Shown here: in pieces, positions 16,273 to 21,796 of the stretch
Position numbering within the stretch: position 1 is the first letter of the stretch
Layout of the letters: every line of letters starts with the position of its first letter
Assembly (NCBI GenBank): GCA_039683575.1
Contig: JBDKRC010000343.1
Location: 1 to 21,796 of the forward strand
Direction: 5' to 3'
Origin: Armatimonadia bacterium
GTDB taxonomy: Bacteria; Armatimonadota; Zipacnadia; Zipacnadales; UBA11051
Length of the DNA: 21,796 nt
Program-made: the position numbers and the translations under genes
The notes under the pieces: model-generated
The model's database searches: none
Told to the model about the DNA's origin: nothing
Seen by the model: the letters and a program-made list of their open reading frames with translations, nothing else

Positions 16273-18311
16273 TCTGTATGGCTCCCCGTCACTGGCATAT
16301 CGTTCGTAGCTTTGGTCGGCAGGGTGAGAGTGAAGATCGAACCCTCTCCAAGAGCGCTCACCAGCCCGACCCTTCCGCCGTGGGCCTCCATAATCCTGCG
16401 TATCGAGAACAGCCCGATACCGGTACCGGGGATATTCATCCCCTCCGGTACGGCGCGTTGGAAACGGTTGAACAGGCGAGCTTGTCCCTCGGGGCTGATG
16501 CCCAGCCCATGGTCAATCACACGAACCGAAACCTGGCCGGGCTCACGCTTGACCTCGACTATGATGGTGCCGCCGCCGGGCCAGTATTTGATGGCGTTAT
16601 CGAGCAGATTGTTGAGCGCGCGGCCCAGATAGCGGGGGTCACCGTCCACCCACACACCCTCTTCCGGGGCCTGCACCTCAACCTTGTGTATTGGGCTCTT
16701 CAGCCCCTGAGTTGTGGCCAGGTCATGCGCCAGAGCGGCGAGGTCAAAGGATCTGACATCCAGTGGCAGTTCCCGGTTAGGATCCGCCACCAGCAGCCCG
16801 TCAATGTCTCCCAGGGCCATCTGCACCTGCTGCTGGATGCGCTGGATCAGCTCCGGGGTAGGGGCGGCGCCGTCCTTCTGCTGCTGCATGCGCAGCACCT
16901 GAGCCAGCGCATTAATCGCCGCCAGAGGTTGCTTGAGATCGTGCACCAGGGTGGTGGTCACGGCGTCGCGGGCCTCGATGTTCTGCGCGAGACTCGCCGC
17001 CGTGCGGCGGCCGCAGGCGTCTGCCCACACCGCTCCTGAGATGCCCGAGAGGAAGATCGCTACGAAGGGTATGAAGGAGTAAAGCCAGTAGTCCATGCGG
17101 GACAGGGCCTGAGCCGCCACGACCAGCACCAGCAACTCGGCCAGTGCCAGGTCAACTGCTCTGGCAGGGTGAAGATACCGGAAGGCAGCGATAGTGCCGA
17201 AGCTGGCGGCAAAGATGATGAGCCACACGAGCCAGAGCGGCACGGGTCTCATGTAACGCCCCTGCATGACCGTATCCAGCGCGTTCGCGTGGACTTCCAC
17301 CCCCGTCATGGCCTTCAGACCCGCCTGCGAGAGTAGGGGGTACCTAACCTCCCGCGCGGGCTGTCCCACCGGCGCAAGCTGTTGGTCCTGCATTGTCCCC
17401 ACCAGCACGATCTTGCCCTTGAACCACTCCCTGCGGTCTCTGGCGGTGGCCTCCAGTACTCTGCGCATCGAATACATAGGAAAGGTGCCGATATTGCCGG
17501 CCCAGTTGATCAGCAGAGCATGTTTGCTCTCGCGATCCGCTTCGCGGGTCCTTTGCGGAGGCAGCAACACAACACTCTCGCAAGTCCAGACCGGGATCTG
17601 GGTGCCCGTGCATTCGACCAGACTATCGCTGATCTCCTCCGGAAGATCCTGGCTGCGGCCGCGGTAGGCGGCATAGCAGGCCAGAGCAAAGGGCGGGCGC
17701 ACCATGGACAGTGTCACCGGCGCGGGTGGGTTGGCTATGGGGTCGCGCTGAATCAGCCGCACACCGTGAACAACCCCGCGCGGGTTGTACAGCACCGGTG
17801 AGGAGACCACTGGTCGCTTGAGTTGCTGAAAAGAGATCGTCTCGAGGAAGTTGAATTTGCCGGGAGTGGGATTGGTGCAGCTAACCACTACGGTCTCCTG
17901 CGGCATCTCCAGGGCGGCCAGGAGTTGGGGGTCATGGTCGTGGCAGGGTACCTCGAAGACCATGTCGAGACCCACCACCTTCGCTCCGGCCAGCTTGACA
18001 GCCTTGATGGCGGTAGCCAGTTCATCCCGTCGCACAGTCGTACACGTGCAGGTGGCAGGCTGTTGGCCCCGGAGCTTCTGCTCGCGGAAAGCCTCAATCT
18101 CTTCAGTCTCTATGCCGATGAGTGCAATATCAGGGTGTACCTGGCGAGGCGGACGTAGTTGGAACCACTTGTCCAGGATGGAGAACTCTGGTGGGGAAAG
18201 CATAGGAGCGGCGCGGCAGCACAGAAACGTGATGACGAAGGCGAAGACCACCGCCGCGGGCCACTGGCTGCTCCAACTGGCCATTAGCCCGCTGCGTCCA
18301 GACCACCGCAT
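16269..18311 (-). CDS. CHASE2-domain sensor histidine kinase
   Basis: CHASE2 motifs (IALIGIE, AGAKVVGLDMVF, FKGKIVLVG, MTGVEVHANALDTV) followed by 3 TM helices. H-box VHDLKQPL, N-box NLLDNAIKY, DHGLGI and GTGIGL. ATGA overlap with the next gene. Start uncertain (18359, 18332, 18311 or 18284). Confidence 0.9.
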   Translation of the reverse strand: MRWSGRSGLMASWSSQWPAAVVFAFVITFLCCRAAPMLSPPEFSILDKWFQLRPPRQVHPDIALIGIETEEIEAFREQKLRGQQPATCTCTTVRRDELATAIKAVKLAGAKVVGLDMVFEVPCHDHDPQLLAALEMPQETVVVSCTNPTPGKFNFLETISFQQLKRPVVSSPVLYNPRGVVHGVRLIQRDPIANPPAPVTLSMVRPPFALACYAAYRGRSQDLPEEISDSLVECTGTQIPVWTCESVVLLPPQRTREADRESKHALLINWAGNIGTFPMYSMRRVLEATARDRREWFKGKIVLVGTMQDQQLAPVGQPAREVRYPLLSQAGLKAMTGVEVHANALDTVMQGRYMRPVPLWLVWLIIFAASFGTIAAFRYLHPARAVDLALAELLVLVVAAQALSRMDYWLYSFIPFVAIFLSGISGAVWADACGRRTAASLAQNIEARDAVTTTLVHDLKQPLAAINALAQVLRMQQQKDGAAPTPELIQRIQQQVQMALGDIDGLLVADPNRELPLDVRSFDLAALAHDLATTQGLKSPIHKVEVQAPEEGVWVDGDPRYLGRALNNLLDNAIKYWPGGGTIIVEVKREPGQVSVRVIDHGLGISPEGQARLFNRFQRAVPEGMNIPGTGIGLFSIRRIMEAHGGRVGLVSALGEGSIFTLTLPTKATNDMPVTGSHTE

Positions 18312-18440
18312 TGGTTGCCGATGATGCACCACGCGCAGGCCCCCTCGGCCTAGGAGCATCTTGTGCGCAGTCTGCACCCGGCGCAGGCGTCGAAGCCTGC
18401 TCGAGCACCGCTGCGGAAGATGCGGAAGAGGAAGATTTGC

Positions 18441-18469
18441 ATGATATAACTGCACGCAAATCCTGTCAA
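18441..18469 (-). promoter_or_regulatory. Sigma70-type promoter for the CHASE2 kinase operon
   Basis: TTGACA (18469-18464), a 17-nt spacer, then TATCAT (18446-18441). Confidence 0.75.
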
Positions 18470-18499
18470 ATTGGCCAAGGAGCCTGGAAGCTCTGGGGA

Positions 18500-19357
18500 C
18501 TATCCGATATCGGACAAGAATTCAGCAACGCCCGTGGCGAGTCCGCGGCAGCGGAAAAGGCAACCAGCACCCCAACCCTCTTCATCCTTGTTGTCTCCGC
18601 CGGCAGTGGTTATGTACAAGTCGTTGTACTCGCTTCCGCCGAAAGCCACGCTGGATATCTTCCGGGCAGGGAACTCAAGGCGCTGAACCAGTCGCCCCGA
18701 GGGATCATACTCCACAATGGCCCCGCCATCCCACTGGGCCGACCAGATGTGTCCGGCGGCGTCCACGGTCATCCCATCAGGCAGACCATGTTCAGGCGGG
18801 GGGGCGACGAACACCCGCTGGTTACCAAGTTCTCCCGTCTGCTCGTCATAGTCGAACTTGTAGATAAGCCGGGCTATGGATTCGGTGAAGTACATCGTCT
18901 TGCGGTCGGCTGTGAACCCCATGCCGTTCGGGCAGCCCAGCCCCTCGAGCAGCACCGTCAGCGTCCCATCGGGATCCAGACGGTACAGACGTCCCTTCTT
19001 CTCGCTTCCGCCCATCGTACCGCAGAAAACCCGCCCTTCGGGGTCTGCGATGACGTCATTGAACCGCGAATCATGCTCGTGCGGTATCTCTTCGATGATC
19101 GTGCGCACGAAGCCATTACGCCACACCCGCACCGCTCCGCGTGCCATGAACAGCAGTAGCGCGCCGTCTTCTTGGATGGTGAAGCCCCCTACTTGCTCCC
19201 CCGCATAGCACTGTTCGTGGTGTCCGCTAACCGGATCGTACCGGAACAGGCGGCCGGTGTTGATGTCCGTCCAGTACAGCCTCTGCTCCCGAGCATGCCA
19301 CAGGGGGCCCTCTCCGCAGTTGCACTGGTAGTCAGCGATACACTCGATATTTGTCAT
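18500..19357 (-). CDS. SMP-30/gluconolactonase/LRE family protein (sugar lactonase)
   Basis: GEGPLWH..LYWTDI, RFNDVIADPEGR, PNGMGF, PDGMTVDAAGHIW and LYITTA. Start ATG 19357 (MTNIEC) avoids overlap with the divergent gene. Confidence 0.93.
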   Translation of the reverse strand: MTNIECIADYQCNCGEGPLWHAREQRLYWTDINTGRLFRYDPVSGHHEQCYAGEQVGGFTIQEDGALLLFMARGAVRVWRNGFVRTIIEEIPHEHDSRFNDVIADPEGRVFCGTMGGSEKKGRLYRLDPDGTLTVLLEGLGCPNGMGFTADRKTMYFTESIARLIYKFDYDEQTGELGNQRVFVAPPPEHGLPDGMTVDAAGHIWSAQWDGGAIVEYDPSGRLVQRLEFPARKISSVAFGGSEYNDLYITTAGGDNKDEEGWGAGCLFRCRGLATGVAEFLSDIG

Positions 19358-19453
19358 TGGTCCGTCACCATTTGAGATCATTGGGCGAGCAGACAGGTAA
19401 TTTGCGCGCGGTTGGGAATAATCCCTGCACTCTCTCCGGAAAGAGGCATTTAC

Positions 19454-20524
19454 ATGGATAAGGTTCGTCTGGGCGTCATCGGCTGCGGCGGCATGTGCAA
19501 GGCGCATTTGCCGTCCGTTGGCGGGAAGTCAGAGCACATCAGCGAGCAGTACCGGCCGTTCGCCGAGCAGATCGAGATTCGCGGCCTGGCCGACGTGAAC
19601 GTTGAGAAGGCGGAGGCGTACAGGCAAGAGTTCGGCGGAGAATACGCCACCGATGACCCCGAGCGCATCTTCACCGATCCCGACATTGACGCAGTGCTCA
19701 TCACCACCTGGCACGACACCCACGGCCCCTTCTCGTTGCGGGCCATGGAGAACGGCAAGCACGTGCTGATCGAGAAGCCGATGGCGATGACGGAGAAGGA
19801 ATGCGACCAGATCCTGGAAATGGAAGCGAAGAGCGGGGTCAAGTACATGGTCGCCTTCCGTTGCCGGTTCGCGAAGGGCGCCCAGGACGTCAAGCGGGAG
19901 ATCCCCCAGCCCGACAACATCATCGCCCACGCGCGCATCAGCGGCATCTGGCCTGAGGGCATCTGGCCCCAGGACCCCATCAAGGGCGGCGGGCAGATGC
20001 TCTCACAGGGCTGCCATGTGATTGACATGATGTTCCACCTCGCCGGGGCCGAGCCGAAGGAGATCTGGGCTACCGGCGGCATGTATCACCACACCAAGCC
20101 CGAGCCGCTGGACATGATCAACGCCACCATCCGTTACGCGAACGGCGCCACGGGCTCCTTCAACGGCGGCGACGGCGGCACCGGCGGTCTCATGATGCAC
20201 CACCCGCTCCCGTGTGGCTGCCCGTTCTACGTCATCTCCATCGCCAAGGGCCGCAGTGGCATGGCCATTGACCACGGCCACGACGCGCGCTTTGAGTCCT
20301 GCGTCCCCGAGGACCAGTGGAAGCCCCCCTATAAGTCGAAGGAGTATGGTCAGGAACTCGGCCAGGAGAAAGCCGGCGGCGTGCCGGACATCCTCCCGGC
20401 CTTCGGGATGTCCATCATCAAGAATGAAAAGCCCATCGCCACGGCCTGGGACGGCGCCCGTACCACGCGCTTCATCCTGCGCTGCTTCGAGTCGGCCAAG
20501 ACCGGCAAGATCATGACGTTCTAG
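19454..20524 (+). CDS. Gfo/Idh/MocA family oxidoreductase
   Basis: VRLGVIGCGGM Rossmann motif, DPDIDAVLI, GKHVLIEKPMA, GGG...GCHVID. SD AAGAGG before ATG 19454. Confidence 0.93.
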   Translation: MDKVRLGVIGCGGMCKAHLPSVGGKSEHISEQYRPFAEQIEIRGLADVNVEKAEAYRQEFGGEYATDDPERIFTDPDIDAVLITTWHDTHGPFSLRAMENGKHVLIEKPMAMTEKECDQILEMEAKSGVKYMVAFRCRFAKGAQDVKREIPQPDNIIAHARISGIWPEGIWPQDPIKGGGQMLSQGCHVIDMMFHLAGAEPKEIWATGGMYHHTKPEPLDMINATIRYANGATGSFNGGDGGTGGLMMHHPLPCGCPFYVISIAKGRSGMAIDHGHDARFESCVPEDQWKPPYKSKEYGQELGQEKAGGVPDILPAFGMSIIKNEKPIATAWDGARTTRFILRCFESAKTGKIMTF

Positions 20525-20562
20525 ATGGGTAATAGCCCAATGCTATCCAAGGGGGCAGAAAT

Positions 20563-21138
20563 ATGACTACTGCTGAGGAAAAGCGGAAGAACCTTGGTTT
20601 GGGGCTGCTGGGTTGCCTGATCTTCACCGCAGCGGTTGCCGCTGCCTCCGCCTTGGTATACTTCGGCGGGCGCTGGGTTCTCAGCCTTCAGCGAGACATC
20701 TCAACCATCATCGTAACTGGCCTACTAACGCTCCTGGCTGGCTTTGCCGTGAAGGGATTTGAGATTTGGTATACGGCTCGAACCAAGGTGAAAGCCGACA
20801 CGTTGTCTCGGCGTCGCGAGACTTACCAGAAATTGCTCGATGACGTGTTCACCTTGGTCATGTCTTCCAACAGCAAGCGGCCGGTGCGGGCTCAGCATCA
20901 ACAGGAGCAATGGATATCGGAGACATTTCCTCGGTTGCTCGTCTGGGCAAGTCCAGAGGTGGCACGTGGGTTCGGCGACTGGATAACCGGCTTCGGGGAC
21001 AATCATCCTGGTACTGAGCAGTCGCTCCTTTCATTCCGGCACATAGTGAACCCCATCCGCCGCGACTTGGGGCTACAGCCTCTGGGGGACGGAGACATCA
21101 AGGCACTGTTCCTTGACCTGCCGAAGAAATCGACCTGA
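20563..21138 (+). CDS. Hypothetical membrane protein (2 N-terminal TM helices plus helical domain)
   Basis: 191-aa ORF filling the gap between same-strand genes. Two hydrophobic segments. Confidence 0.65.
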   Translation: MTTAEEKRKNLGLGLLGCLIFTAAVAAASALVYFGGRWVLSLQRDISTIIVTGLLTLLAGFAVKGFEIWYTARTKVKADTLSRRRETYQKLLDDVFTLVMSSNSKRPVRAQHQQEQWISETFPRLLVWASPEVARGFGDWITGFGDNHPGTEQSLLSFRHIVNPIRRDLGLQPLGDGDIKALFLDLPKKST

Positions 21139-21208
21139 TCGTCCGTCTAGCTGTGCGCCGTTTCGACGATCGGCGCTCCGCAGGCGTGAATCCAATCCGA
21201 GGTTTGCG

Positions 21209-21796
21209 ATGCGTTTCTACCGGCTGCTCCCCGCACTACTCGTGTCACTGGGCTCCTCCGCCTTCGCCGCCCCAACGGTGACCGTCGAGCCGCGCGGCTT
21301 CACCATCACCACGCCTCGTCTCACGGCGACGATTCGTGATGGCGTCATCGTGGCCGTCAAGGACCTGAAAACCGGCGAAGTGCACGCTGACGCCGCTGTG
21401 AATGAGGTTGCGATGCCTCGCGGTCTCGGGCACATGGCGGGGAACATACCGGAGATGCAGAAGCTACACAGCCCGTGGGGCAACCAGCAGATGAAGCAGG
21501 ATGTGCCGCCGGGGACGGCCTTCCCCACGATGCACTGGCCGGCGCCTGACGCGAAGTTCACCACCAGCAAGCTCACGACCGGCCTGCGCGCCACCTGGAC
21601 GGGGCTGATGAACGCCACCGCCAAGTTCCCCGCCGAGAGTCTCAGCCTCGACTGCTGGGTGGACGCTTCCACCGGGCAACTGCTCCTCAGAGCCTCCGCC
21701 AGCAGCCCCGAAAGCGGCATCTACGGGGTCCAGGTGCCCCTTGCCAACCTCCACCCCGACCATCGCATGTACGTGGCCTCCTTCGGCGGCGTCATG
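21209..21796 (+). CDS. Secreted protein, 5' part only (runs off the window); possibly a glycoside-hydrolase-like family
   Basis: ATG 21209 with GAGG upstream. MRFYRLLPALLVSLGSSAFA-APTVTVEPRG signal peptide. Open for 196 codons to the window end with strong GC3 bias. Not in the ORF track because it has no stop. Confidence 0.8.
   Translation, partial: MRFYRLLPALLVSLGSSAFAAPTVTVEPRGFTITTPRLTATIRDGVIVAVKDLKTGEVHADAAVNEVAMPRGLGHMAGNIPEMQKLHSPWGNQQMKQDVPPGTAFPTMHWPAPDAKFTTSKLTTGLRATWTGLMNATAKFPAESLSLDCWVDASTGQLLLRASASSPESGIYGVQVPLANLHPDHRMYVASFGGVM

Noticed and set aside
18360-18455. N-terminal extension of the kinase to GTG 18455
   Set aside because: That codon lies inside the predicted -35/-10 promoter spacer, so the real start must be downstream.
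19358-19507. Longer starts for the SMP-30 (19507) and Gfo/Idh/MocA (19412) genes
   Set aside because: They would make the divergent genes overlap. The family motifs and SD sequences fit 19357 and 19454.
21217-21763. Minus-strand ORFs 21217-21720 and 21464-21763
   Set aside because: Antisense to the signal-peptide-bearing plus-strand CDS starting at 21209.

Overview
GC-rich bacterial DNA. The gene repertoire (prepilin/H-X9-DG protein, DUF6785-like membrane protein, CBM-bearing secreted glycan enzymes) suggests Armatimonadota or a similar diderm lineage (inference). The main result is at 221-3932 on the minus strand: an apparent operon in which three ORFs that the ORF track ends at TGA look like selenoproteins. 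Two exported proteins continue in frame through TGA into an identical G-U-G-G-S-C motif plus about 40 residues, and a small membrane protein ends C-P-T-U-L-stop. Each TGA is followed at +15/+16 nt by a perfect hairpin with a CGKGY pentaloop, a SECIS-like element with a compensatory base-pair change between two copies. These genes flank a membrane 4Fe-4S protein. The window also holds a GTAG-type REP cluster (3-162), a carbohydrate-related block, a CHASE2 histidine kinase coupled to a FecR-TPR-TonB-receptor-like fusion followed by two tandem-duplicated lipoproteins, an SMP-30 lactonase, a Gfo/Idh/MocA oxidoreductase, a small membrane protein and a secreted protein that runs off the right edge. 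Family assignments come from motif recognition by eye; no searches were run.
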